From a virus (Duplodnaviria > Heunggongvirae > Uroviricota > Caudoviricetes): 39,485 bases of DNA. Position numbers and translations under genes: made by a program. The notes below the pieces were generated by a model. That model saw only the letters and a list, made by a program, of their open reading frames with translations. It made no database searches and was not told the DNA's origin. The stretch lies in the IMG/VR virus record IMGVR_UViG_2534682294_000013. One strand, written 5' to 3'. Shown one piece after another: positions 27,537 to 36,756 of the stretch (position 1 is its first letter; every line of letters begins with the position of its first letter).

Positions 27537-27815
27537 AGTTACTCCTTTGTATCCGCATCACTCTTTCATACTCGTCATACTTCATCGCGCAGTGGCAACT
27601 TCATGAACTATGACGGGTATCGAGTTATGCTTTCCTGGGTCAAATTCTCAGCTGTTAATGAACAAATGGCATGGATTTTAAGCAGAAAAATACCAAAAGT
27701 TATATAAAAAAGTGCATTTATCTCATTTAAATATTTAGATGAGGATGTGGCAAACGTTTGCTTTTCTCTTTCGGTCAGCTAAAATGCCCGCTTTGCTACC
27801 ACGGGATTGTTTTCG

Positions 27816-29207
27816 ATGTCTGTTTCCACCCTCGAGTCAGAAAATGCGCAACCGGTTGCGCAGACTCAAAACAGCGAACTGATTTACCGTCTTGAAGATC
27901 GTCCGCCGCTTCCTCAAACCCTGTTTGCCGCCTGTCAGCATCTGCTGGCGATGTTCGTTGCGGTGATCACGCCAGCGCTATTAATCTGCCAGGCGCTGGG
28001 TTTACCGGCACAAGACACGCAACACATTATTAGTATGTCGCTGTTTGCCTCCGGTGTGGCATCGATTATTCAAATTAAGGCCTGGGGTCCGGTTGGCTCC
28101 GGGCTGTTGTCTATTCAGGGCACCAGCTTCAACTTTGTTGCCCCGCTGATTATGGGCGGTACCGCGCTGAAAACCGGTGGTGCTGATGTTCCTACCATGA
28201 TGGCGGCTTTGTTCGGCACGTTGATGCTGGCAAGTTGCACCGAGATGGTGATCTCCCGCGTTCTGCATCTGGCGCGCCGCATTATTACGCCGCTGGTTTC
28301 TGGCGTTGTGGTGATGATTATCGGCCTGTCGCTAATTCAGGTTGGGTTAACGTCCATTGGCGGCGGTTACGCAGCCATGAGCGATAACACCTTCGGCGCA
28401 CCGAAAAATCTGCTGCTGGCAGGCGTGGTCTTAGCCTTAATTATCCTGCTTAACCGTCAACGTAACCCTTACTTACGCGTGGCCTCACTGGTGATTGCGA
28501 TGGCGGCCGGATATGCGCTGGCGTGGTTTATGGGCATGTTGCCAGAAAGCAACGAACCGATGACGCAAGAACTGATTATGGTGCCAACGCCGCTCTATTA
28601 CGGTCTTGGCATTGAATGGAGTCTGCTGCTGCCGCTGATGCTGGTCTTTATGATCACTTCGCTGGAAACCATTGGCGATATCACGGCGACCTCTGACGTT
28701 TCCGAACAGCCAGTGTCCGGTCCGCTGTACATGAAACGCCTGAAAGGCGGCGTGCTGGCAAACGGCCTGAACTCGTTTGTTTCGGCGGTGTTTAACACCT
28801 TCCCGAACTCCTGCTTCGGGCAAAACAACGGAGTGATCCAGTTGACTGGTGTTGCCAGCCGCTATGTCGGTTTTGTCGTCGCGCTGATGTTGATCGTGCT
28901 GGGTCTGTTCCCGGCAGTGAGCGGTTTTGTACAACACATTCCAGAACCGGTTCTGGGCGGCGCAACGCTTGTAATGTTTGGCACCATCGCCGCCTCCGGT
29001 GTGCGTATCGTTTCTCGTGAGCCGCTGAACCGTCGGGCGATTCTGATTATCGCGCTGTCGCTGGCGGTTGGTCTGGGCGTGTCTCAGCAGCCGCTGATTT
29101 TGCAGTTTGCCCCTGAATGGCTGAAAAACCTGCTCTCCTCCGGGATCGCCGCGGGCGGTATTACTGCCATCGTGCTGAATCTGATTTTCCCACCAGAAAA
29201 ACAGTAA
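27816..29207 (+). CDS. xanP: xanthine permease (NCS2 family)
   Basis: ORF track 27807-29207 trimmed to [32 protein letters not shown]... (463 aa). Confidence 0.9.
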
Positions 29208-29214
29208 TTCACTG

Positions 29215-29239
29215 GCGGCGGTAAGATAATTACCGCCGC
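29215..29239 (+). terminator. hairpin downstream of xanP (terminator-like, no clear T-run)
   Basis: gcggcggtaa-gataa-ttaccgccgc: 10-bp perfect stem 8 nt after the xanP stop; the following sequence is not T-rich. Confidence 0.3.
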
Positions 29240-29327
29240 AGTCTCACCTCTTTCACCATTCCCGCCTTGAGGATTGCGCGTAAATCGTGCATAACTCCCT
29301 TATGTGCATTTCACGGGATGGAAGACC

Positions 29328-31037
29328 ATGAAATTTATTGGGAAGCTGCTTCTCTACATTCTCATCGCTCTGTTAGTGGTGATCGCTGGCCTCTATTTTC
29401 TTCTGCAAACCCGCTGGGGAGCAGAACATATCAGCGCATGGGTTTCCGAGAATAGCGACTATCATCTGGCCTTCGGGGCGATGGATCACCGTTTTTCCGC
29501 GCCATCTCATATCGTGCTGGAGAACGTCACGTTTGGTCGTGATGGTCAGCCCGCGACCCTGGTGGCAAAAAGTGTCGACATTGCGCTAAGCAGTCGGCAA
29601 CTGACCGAACCACGCCATGTCGATACCATCCTGCTGGAAAACGGGACGCTGAATCTCACCGACCAGACCGCGCCGCTACCGTTCAAAGCCGATCGTCTGC
29701 AACTGCGTGATATGGCGTTTAATAGCCCGAATAGCGAATGGAAACTGAGCGCGCAGCGGGTAAATGGCGGCGTGGTTCCGTGGTCACCAGAAGCCGGTAA
29801 AGTGCTGGGTACGAAGGCGCAGATTCAGTTTAGTGCCGGATCGCTTTCGCTCAATGATGTTCCTGCCACCAATGTACTGATTGAAGGCAGTATTGATAAC
29901 GATCGCGTTACGCTGACTAACCTGGGTGCCGACATCGCCCGCGGGACATTAACCGGAAACGCGCAGCGTAACGCCGACGGCAGCTGGCAAGTGGAAAATC
30001 TGCGCATGGCGGATATCCGTCTACAAAGCGAAAAATCGCTAACCGACTTCTTTGCGCCATTACGCTCTGTCCCGTCGTTGCAGATTGGTCGCCTGGAAGT
30101 GATCGATGCTCGTTTGCAAGGTCCGGACTGGGCGGTGACCGACCTCGATCTCAGCTTGCGCAACATGACCTTCAGTAAAGATGACTGGCAGACACAAGAA
30201 GGCAAACTGTCGATGAACGCTAGCGAGTTCATTTATGGTTCGCTGCATTTATTTGACCCGATTATAAACGCGGAATTTTCCCCGCAGGGCGTAGCGCTGC
30301 GCCAGTTCACCAGCCGCTGGGAAGGGGGTATGGTCAGAACGTCAGGGAACTGGCTGCGTGACGGGAAAACGTTGATCCTTGATGATGCGGCAATTGCCGG
30401 GCTGGAATATACCTTGCCGAAAAACTGGCAACAGTTGTGGATGGAAACGACACCCGGTTGGTTAAACAGCCTGCAACTGAAGAGATTTAGCGCCAGCCGC
30501 AATCTGATCATTGATATCGACCCTGACTTCCCGTGGCAGCTCACCACGCTCGATGGTTACGGTGCCAACCTGACGCTGGTTACCGATCATAAATGGGGCG
30601 TCTGGAGTGGCTCGGCGAATCTGAATGCCGCCGCCGCGACATTCAATCGTGTTGATGTTCGTCGCCCGTCGCTGGCGCTGACCGCCAACAGCAGCACGGT
30701 GAATATCAGCGAACTGAGTGCATTTACTGAAAAAGGCATTCTGGAAGCCACTGCCAGTGTTTCACAAACGCCACAACGTCAGACCCATATCAGCCTGAAT
30801 GGACGCGGTGTGCCGGTGAATATTTTGCAACAATGGGGATGGCCTGAATTACCGTTGACTGGCGACGGCAATATTCAGCTTACCGCCAGTGGCGATATTC
30901 AGGCCAATGTCCCGCTGAAACCTACGGTTAGCGGGCAACTCCATGCCGTGAACGCCGCAAAGCAGCAAGTGACTCAAACCATGAATGCGGGCGTCGTTTC
31001 CAGTAGCGAAGTTACATCGACAGAGCCGGTGCAGTAA
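29328..31037 (+). CDS. yicH: AsmA-family protein YicH
   Basis: ORF track 29304-31037 trimmed to MKFIGKLLLYILIALLVVIAGLYFLLQTRWG... (569 aa), with N-terminal membrane anchor. Confidence 0.85.
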   Translation: MKFIGKLLLYILIALLVVIAGLYFLLQTRWGAEHISAWVSENSDYHLAFGAMDHRFSAPSHIVLENVTFGRDGQPATLVAKSVDIALSSRQLTEPRHVDTILLENGTLNLTDQTAPLPFKADRLQLRDMAFNSPNSEWKLSAQRVNGGVVPWSPEAGKVLGTKAQIQFSAGSLSLNDVPATNVLIEGSIDNDRVTLTNLGADIARGTLTGNAQRNADGSWQVENLRMADIRLQSEKSLTDFFAPLRSVPSLQIGRLEVIDARLQGPDWAVTDLDLSLRNMTFSKDDWQTQEGKLSMNASEFIYGSLHLFDPIINAEFSPQGVALRQFTSRWEGGMVRTSGNWLRDGKTLILDDAAIAGLEYTLPKNWQQLWMETTPGWLNSLQLKRFSASRNLIIDIDPDFPWQLTTLDGYGANLTLVTDHKWGVWSGSANLNAAAATFNRVDVRRPSLALTANSSTVNISELSAFTEKGILEATASVSQTPQRQTHISLNGRGVPVNILQQWGWPELPLTGDGNIQLTASGDIQANVPLKPTVSGQLHAVNAAKQQVTQTMNAGVVSSSEVTSTEPVQ

Positions 31038-31049
31038 AAATCAATCTCG

Positions 31050-31074
31050 CCGGGTACGACTCAGACGTACCCGG
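31050..31074. terminator. hairpin between convergent yicH and yicI
   Basis: ccgggtacg-actcaga-cgtacccgg: 9-bp stem in the 52-nt gap between the two stop codons; no strong T-run on either side. Confidence 0.35.
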
Positions 31075-31089
31075 CATTCCATCAATAGA

Positions 31090-33408
31090 TTACAACGTAA
31101 TTGTCAGCGCATTCCCTTGAGGCGTCACCACCAGCCCCTGCTCACTTTCAGCCTGCGAACCACCTTGCAGACCATTTACTTTCACAATATTGCGCAAGCA
31201 CAGTGTCCAGTTCTTCGCCTCGCCCGCACCAGTCACAGTAATCGTGTTGCCAGTACGCGCCGCTTTCAGGGTGAAAAGAACGGAACCGTCAGCAGCGGGC
31301 ACTTCACAGATGGCTTCATGCCCGTCTTGTAGATTAAAGAGCTGGAATGCCGTGCCTTCGTGCCACGCGTAATCGGGACGTTGCTCGTTGTTGCCCAGCG
31401 CCAGTAGGGTGTTATCACGCACATAAACGGGCAGACTCAGGAAGCTGTGCTGCTGTTTATGCCAGCGACTACCATCGAGTTCATCGTTGTGCCACAGATG
31501 TGTCCAGCGACCTTCCGGCAAGTAGAACTGCACATCGCCCGCTTCACTGAACACCGGAGCAACCATCACGTTGTCGCCTAACATGTATTGACGGTCAAGG
31601 TAATCACAAGCCGGATCGTCCGGGAACTCCATCATCATGGCCCGCATCATCGGCGTACCCCGCGCGTTCGCACGAGCAGCTTCACGATACAGATACGGCA
31701 TCATGCGGCATTTCAGTTGCGTGAAGAAGCGCACCACATCACAGGACTCATCATCGTAGGCCCACGGCACACGATAAGATTTGCTGCCATGTAAACGGCT
31801 ATGGCTGGAGAGCAAACCAAACGCGCACCAGCGTTTGTAAACGTGCGCCAGAGCGGTATTCTCAAAGCCGCCGATATCGTGGCTCCAGAAACCAAAACCT
31901 GAAAGGCCAATAGACAAACCACCGCGCAGGCTTTCCGCCATTGATTCGTAGTTAGCGTAACAGTCACCACCCCAGTGTACCGGGAATTTCTGCGCACCAA
32001 CGGAGGCCGAGCGAGCAAACAAGACGGCTTCTTCCTCGCCAACGGTGTCCTTGAGCACGTTCCACACCAGTTCGTTGTAGATGTACGCATAATGGTTATG
32101 CATTTTCTGCGGATCGGAACCGTCAAACCACTGAACATCGATTGGAATACGTTCGCCAAAGTCGGTCTTAAAGCAATCAACGCCCATCGCGACCAGACCT
32201 TTCAGTTTGTCGGCGTACCATTTGCAGGCATCCGGATTGGTAAAGTCATAAATCGCCAGACCTGGCTGCCATTTATCCCACTGCCATAACGAACCGTCCG
32301 GGCGTTTGAGTAAATAGCCTTTCTCTTGTAACTCTTTAAAGACAGGGGATTTTTGCCCGATATAGGGGTTAATCCAGACGCAGATTTTTAGCCCTTTCGC
32401 TTTCAGGCGGCGGATCATCCCTTCCGGGTCCGGGAAAGTCAGCGGGTCCCACTCAAAATCGCACCACTGGAAGGCTTTCATCCAGAAACAGTCAAAGTGA
32501 AAAACATGCAGTGGCAGATTGCGTCCCGCCATACCATCGATAAAGCTGTTTACCGTCGCTTCGTCGTAGTTGGTGGTAAATGAAGTGGTTAGCCACAGGC
32601 CGAAGGACCACGCGGGCGGCAGCGCCGGACGACCAGTAAAACGGGTATAACGATCAAGTACCGCTTTCGGCGTCGGGCCGTCGATAACAAAGTATTCGAG
32701 ATATTCACTCTCAACGCTGAACTGCACTTTGGAGACTTTCTCCGATCCCACTTCAAAAGAGACGCATTGAGGATGATTGACCAGTACCCCATAGCCACGG
32801 TTAGTCATATAGAACGGGATATTTTTATACGCCTGTTCAGTACTTGTGCCGCCGTCCCGGTTCCAGGTCTCTACCGTCTGGCCATTGCGCACCAGGGCAG
32901 TAAAGCGCTCTCCCAGACCGTAAACTGTTTCGCCAACGCCAAGATCCAGCCGCTCAAACATATAATTTCGTTGATTATTCGTGTCCTGCACGTAGCCATT
33001 ATTTTTCACCTGACTACCGGTAATACGTTCGCCGTTGCGCAGAAAATCCAGTGACCAGAACTCACCTTTGCTGACACGCGCGCTTAAGTTGCCACTTTTA
33101 AACTCAGCGTAACGTTCTGTGTTTTCGATTGTGACCTTCACGTCCTGCAAAATATTGAGCGGATAATGAGGACCGTTATTCAGCGCCCCCTGAAAATGCT
33201 CAATCCGTACACCGACAATACCTTCCTGTGGGGAGAAAAAGCGCAGCGTAAATAAAGGCGTATCAAGCTGCCAGGTTCGTTCACGCACATCACGGGGGGC
33301 AGCATAGACCACCATTTCATTACCCTGCTGTTCAACCTCGAACACCTGAAGCGGGTGAATCAAATTGAGGCCAGGTTGAATCAACCAGTTTCCGTCGCTA
33401 ATTTTCAT
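31090..33408 (-). CDS. yicI: alpha-xylosidase (GH31)
   Basis: 772-aa [32 protein letters not shown]...; GH31-type catalytic region (WINPYI, KTDFGE). Confidence 0.9.
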   Translation of the reverse strand: MKISDGNWLIQPGLNLIHPLQVFEVEQQGNEMVVYAAPRDVRERTWQLDTPLFTLRFFSPQEGIVGVRIEHFQGALNNGPHYPLNILQDVKVTIENTERYAEFKSGNLSARVSKGEFWSLDFLRNGERITGSQVKNNGYVQDTNNQRNYMFERLDLGVGETVYGLGERFTALVRNGQTVETWNRDGGTSTEQAYKNIPFYMTNRGYGVLVNHPQCVSFEVGSEKVSKVQFSVESEYLEYFVIDGPTPKAVLDRYTRFTGRPALPPAWSFGLWLTTSFTTNYDEATVNSFIDGMAGRNLPLHVFHFDCFWMKAFQWCDFEWDPLTFPDPEGMIRRLKAKGLKICVWINPYIGQKSPVFKELQEKGYLLKRPDGSLWQWDKWQPGLAIYDFTNPDACKWYADKLKGLVAMGVDCFKTDFGERIPIDVQWFDGSDPQKMHNHYAYIYNELVWNVLKDTVGEEEAVLFARSASVGAQKFPVHWGGDCYANYESMAESLRGGLSIGLSGFGFWSHDIGGFENTALAHVYKRWCAFGLLSSHSRLHGSKSYRVPWAYDDESCDVVRFFTQLKCRMMPYLYREAARANARGTPMMRAMMMEFPDDPACDYLDRQYMLGDNVMVAPVFSEAGDVQFYLPEGRWTHLWHNDELDGSRWHKQQHSFLSLPVYVRDNTLLALGNNEQRPDYAWHEGTAFQLFNLQDGHEAICEVPAADGSVLFTLKAARTGNTITVTGAGEAKNWTLCLRNIVKVNGLQGGSQAESEQGLVVTPQGNALTITL

Positions 33409-33417
33409 TGCCGTTCC

Positions 33418-34800
33418 TTAGTTCTGCACTTCTTGAGAGGTGAATTGTTGCTGGCAACGGCGTTTGCCCTGGGCCAGCTGTTCCATAACGGTTTTCAGAT
33501 TGTGCGTCGTGAGTGAGTAGTAGCGTTTAGCGATAATCGCGCTCAGCAAATAACAGATCGCCGGAACAATCGTGAATAGCGCAATAATGATGCTAATCGT
33601 GGCGCTGTTCTGCGCTTTTTCTGCCGCATCATATCCGCCATAAGCCAGCATCCAGCCGATAAGAGCGCCGCCGAAGGCCAACCCCAGTTTGAGCACAAAC
33701 AGCGTGCCAGCAAAACTGATCCCGGTCAGGCGTTTACCATTGCACCACTCGCCGTAGTCGACGGTATCGGACATCATTACCCACTGGATAGGTGTCACCA
33801 GTTGATGCAATACACCAATCACGAAGATGAAGACAAACATAGTGATGCTGGCCTGCATAGGAACAAAGAACATCGCGAGGCTAATCACTGCCAGCAGGGC
33901 GTTCGTCCACCAGAAGATAGTGACTTTACATTTCCAGTCGGTCAGCGGTTTTGCCAGTGCGGAACCAATCAGGTTACCCACGCAATAAGTGGTGAGAAAA
34001 GCGACAAACACTTCCGGCGTACCCAAAATCCATGTGACGTAATACATCATCGCTCCACCGCGGACGCACACCGCCAGGATATTGAAAATGGTTAGTAAAC
34101 CGACAATCCGCCACTGGTCGTTTTGCCAGATATCACGTAAATCTTCCCGCATAGACGTCGTTGTAGGTGGTGCTTCAACGCGTTCTTTAGTGGTGAAGAA
34201 ACAGAATGCCAGCATCATGAATGCCACCACGGAAAGGACCGCGATACCGCCCTGGAAACCGAGTGGTTTATTATCACCGCCAATTAAATTAACCAGTGGC
34301 ATCATCAGAACAGTAGAGAGCATGCCTCCCGCGGTCGCCAGCACAAAACGCCAGGATTGCAGCGAGATACGCTGAGTCGGGTCATTGGTGATTACACCAC
34401 CCAATGCGCAGTAAGGGATATTGACGACGGTATAAAGTAAGGTAAGTAGGGTGTAAGTAATTGCTGCATAGATCATTTTGCCGTTCATACTGAGATCTGG
34501 CGTGCTATAGGCCAGTACACAGACGATCCCAAATGGCAGTGCGCCACACAGTACCCACGGACGAAATTTACCCCAGCGAGAGCGCGTTCGATCGGCCAAC
34601 AACCCCATGCAAGGATCGGAAATCGCATCCAGTGCACGAGCGACCAAAAACATGGTTCCGACAAATCCGGCAGGTATGCCAAAATTATCGGTATAAAAGA
34701 ACATCATATATAACATTACGTTATCGAAAATAATGTGGCTGGCGGCGTCTCCCATGCCATAACCAATTTTCTCTTTAACGGACAACACTTCACTCTTCAT
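33418..34800 (-). CDS. yicJ: GPH-family sugar:cation symporter YicJ
   Basis: ORF track 33418-34857 trimmed to MKSEVLSVKEKIGYGMGDAASHIIF... (460 aa); 9 nt downstream of yicI on the same strand. Confidence 0.85.
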   Translation of the reverse strand: MKSEVLSVKEKIGYGMGDAASHIIFDNVMLYMMFFYTDNFGIPAGFVGTMFLVARALDAISDPCMGLLADRTRSRWGKFRPWVLCGALPFGIVCVLAYSTPDLSMNGKMIYAAITYTLLTLLYTVVNIPYCALGGVITNDPTQRISLQSWRFVLATAGGMLSTVLMMPLVNLIGGDNKPLGFQGGIAVLSVVAFMMLAFCFFTTKERVEAPPTTTSMREDLRDIWQNDQWRIVGLLTIFNILAVCVRGGAMMYYVTWILGTPEVFVAFLTTYCVGNLIGSALAKPLTDWKCKVTIFWWTNALLAVISLAMFFVPMQASITMFVFIFVIGVLHQLVTPIQWVMMSDTVDYGEWCNGKRLTGISFAGTLFVLKLGLAFGGALIGWMLAYGGYDAAEKAQNSATISIIIALFTIVPAICYLLSAIIAKRYYSLTTHNLKTVMEQLAQGKRRCQQQFTSQEVQN

Positions 34801-35055
34801 CTGCTTTTCCTTGATGCTATAGGGGTGCTGAGACCGATAACGCATTTTGTAAACCATCCCTGTGAGAGCGAATATTCCGATATCTGGTTATTAATTTATG
34901 ATTCTTGTTTTATGTGATCGTGGTAGCGTTAATTCCGCTCATATATCATTGTAAAATATGAGTTTTATATGAATTATAATGCTTTCGTGATAATACGCTG
35001 CGTGTATTAGGCGGAAAAAACTGATCTGGGGGATGTAGAAACTCAAGGAAGTAGC

Positions 35056-35061
35056 TATAAT
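35056..35061 (+). promoter_or_regulatory. candidate -10 hexamer (TATAAT) upstream of selC
   Basis: Perfect TATAAT ~30 nt upstream of the mature tRNA 5' end; no convincing -35 found. Confidence 0.3.
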
Positions 35062-35092
35062 GCGCCCCGCCTCCATGTAGCAATCGAGGCGC

Positions 35093-35187
35093 GGAAGATC
35101 GTCGTCTCCGGTGAGGCGGCTGGACTTCAAATCCAGTTGGGGCCGCCAGCGGTCCCGGGCAGGTTCGACTCCTGTGATCTTCCGCCA
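35093..35187 (+). tRNA. selC: tRNA-Sec (selenocysteine, UCA anticodon)
   Basis: GGAAGATCGTCGTCTCCGGTGAGGCGGCTGGACTTCAAATCCAGTTGGGGCCGCCAGCGGTCCCGGGCAGGTTCGACTCCTGTGATCTTCCGCCA: 95 nt with long variable arm, ACTTCAAAT anticodon loop and encoded CCA; matches E. coli selC as remembered. Confidence 0.95.
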
Positions 35188-35349
35188 AACCTCATCCAGC
35201 CAGTTCCGAGATACTCCATAAAATACTTTATATTCAATACGATGAATAATCAGCTTGTCCGTAATAGTCCGAGATCATCTCCCTGAATCCGCGAAAAATA
35301 TGTATAGTAATGTGTATAGATTTTTTATACGTAGTTTTCAGTTATACAC

Positions 35350-36537
35350 ATGGCTCTAACCGATATACAGATCAAACGTGCAAAACCACAAGACAAACCA
35401 TACACATTGAACGATGGACAAGGTCTGTCATTGCTTATCAATCCCGATGGCTCGAAAGGCTGGCGTTTCCGTTTCCGGTTTGCAGGGAAAGCGCGGTTAA
35501 TGTCATTTGGCAGCTACGATTTAGTAAGCCTCGCAGAAGCACGTGAGAAGCGTGATATCGCCCGTAAGCAGGTTGCTAATGGCATTGACCCGGTAGAGGA
35601 ACGCAAAGCTTTAAGACTCGCTCAAAAGCTATCAACAGAAAATTCTTTCGAAGCAATATGTCGAGAATGGTATACCAACAAAGCTGATCGCTGGACTGTA
35701 GCCTATCGAGAAGAAATCATTAGGACATTCGAGCAGGATGTCTTCCCGTTCATTGGTAAACGTCCTATCAGTGAAATCAAACCATTAGAACTGCTTGAAG
35801 TATTGCGACGAATAGAGAAACGAGGAGCACTAGAGAAGACCAGAAAAGTGCGCCAAAGATGCGGTGAGGTCTTTCGTTATGCAATCATAACTGGCCGAGC
35901 TGAATACAACCCAGCACCTGATTTAGCTATCGCTCTGGCCGTTCCTAAGCCAAAACACCACCCATTTTTATCTGTCGAAGAGTTGCCTTATTTTATTCGG
36001 GATTTGGAGGCATACTCCGGCAGCATAATCACCAAAAATGCAACTAAGATAGTTATGCTTACTGGTGTAAGAACGCAGGAGATGCGCTTTGCTACGTGGG
36101 AAGAGGTTGATTTGGATAAGGAGGTTTGGGAGATACCAGCGGAACGTATGAAAATGCGTAGGCCTCACATTGTTCCTTTATCTACTCAGGTAGTTGACCT
36201 TTTTAAACAGCTCAAACCAATTACCGGTCATTACCCTTACATCTTTATTGGCAGGAACAACCGTAGCAAACCGATCTCGAAAGAAAGTGTTTCACAAGTG
36301 ATTGAGTTACTTGGTTACAAAGGCCGTGCTACAGGTCATGGATTTAGACATACAATGTCAACAATATTACATGAACAAGGGTTTGACAGTGCCTGGATTG
36401 AGATGCAATTAGCACATGTTGATAAAAATTCTATTCGTGGAACATACAATCACGCACAATATTTAGAAAATAGACGCGCAATGCTTCAGTGGTATAGTAA
36501 CTTCATATTTAATAAAATTAGTGAAGACACACTTTGA
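35350..36537 (+). CDS. int: P4-family tyrosine integrase
   Basis: 395-aa ORF MALTDIQIKRAKPQDKPYTLNDGQGLSLLINPDGSKGWRFRFRFAGK... (typical P4-integrase N-terminus) with a C-terminal catalytic region (HGFRHT ... Y); 162 nt 3' of selC. Confidence 0.85.
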   Translation: MALTDIQIKRAKPQDKPYTLNDGQGLSLLINPDGSKGWRFRFRFAGKARLMSFGSYDLVSLAEAREKRDIARKQVANGIDPVEERKALRLAQKLSTENSFEAICREWYTNKADRWTVAYREEIIRTFEQDVFPFIGKRPISEIKPLELLEVLRRIEKRGALEKTRKVRQRCGEVFRYAIITGRAEYNPAPDLAIALAVPKPKHHPFLSVEELPYFIRDLEAYSGSIITKNATKIVMLTGVRTQEMRFATWEEVDLDKEVWEIPAERMKMRRPHIVPLSTQVVDLFKQLKPITGHYPYIFIGRNNRSKPISKESVSQVIELLGYKGRATGHGFRHTMSTILHEQGFDSAWIEMQLAHVDKNSIRGTYNHAQYLENRRAMLQWYSNFIFNKISEDTL

Positions 36538-36547
36538 TTTATAAATA

Positions 36548-36575
36548 AAAAGAGCCTCTTCCGAAGCTCTTTTTT
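36548..36575. terminator. bidirectional intrinsic terminator between convergent int and the cargo operon
   Basis: aaaagagc-ctcttccgaa-gctctttt: 8-bp stem flanked by an A-run 5' and a T-run 3', so it reads as hairpin plus U-run on both strands; 10 nt after the int stop and 7 nt after the small-ORF stop. Confidence 0.45.
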
Positions 36576-36581
36576 AATTGT

Positions 36582-36755
36582 TTATTTATTGTTCTTCAAT
36601 CTTTTATCTTCTTGTAAAACAAGATTATTTAACACTTTAATTGACTTGGAGGATAAATCATCTCCTCCTAACATATTTTTTTTCCATTCCGGCCATTCAT
36701 TAATTATTTTTTTAGTTGCAACCACATGTTTAATAAAACCATTTTCGATAGACAT
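36582..36755 (-). CDS. small basic protein, 57 aa, translationally coupled to the upstream deaminase-fusion gene
   Basis: Own translation, not in the ORF track: MSIENGFIKHVVATKKIINEWPEWKKNMLGGDDLSSKSIKVLNNLVLQEDKRLKNNK. ATG at 36753-36755 is 1 nt after the upstream stop; AGGAG (plus strand ctcct, 36762-36766) sits 6 nt upstream of the ATG. 57 stop-free codons in ~30% GC DNA. Confidence 0.5.
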   Translation of the reverse strand: MSIENGFIKHVVATKKIINEWPEWKKNMLGGDDLSSKSIKVLNNLVLQEDKRLKNNK

Positions 36756-36756
36756 G

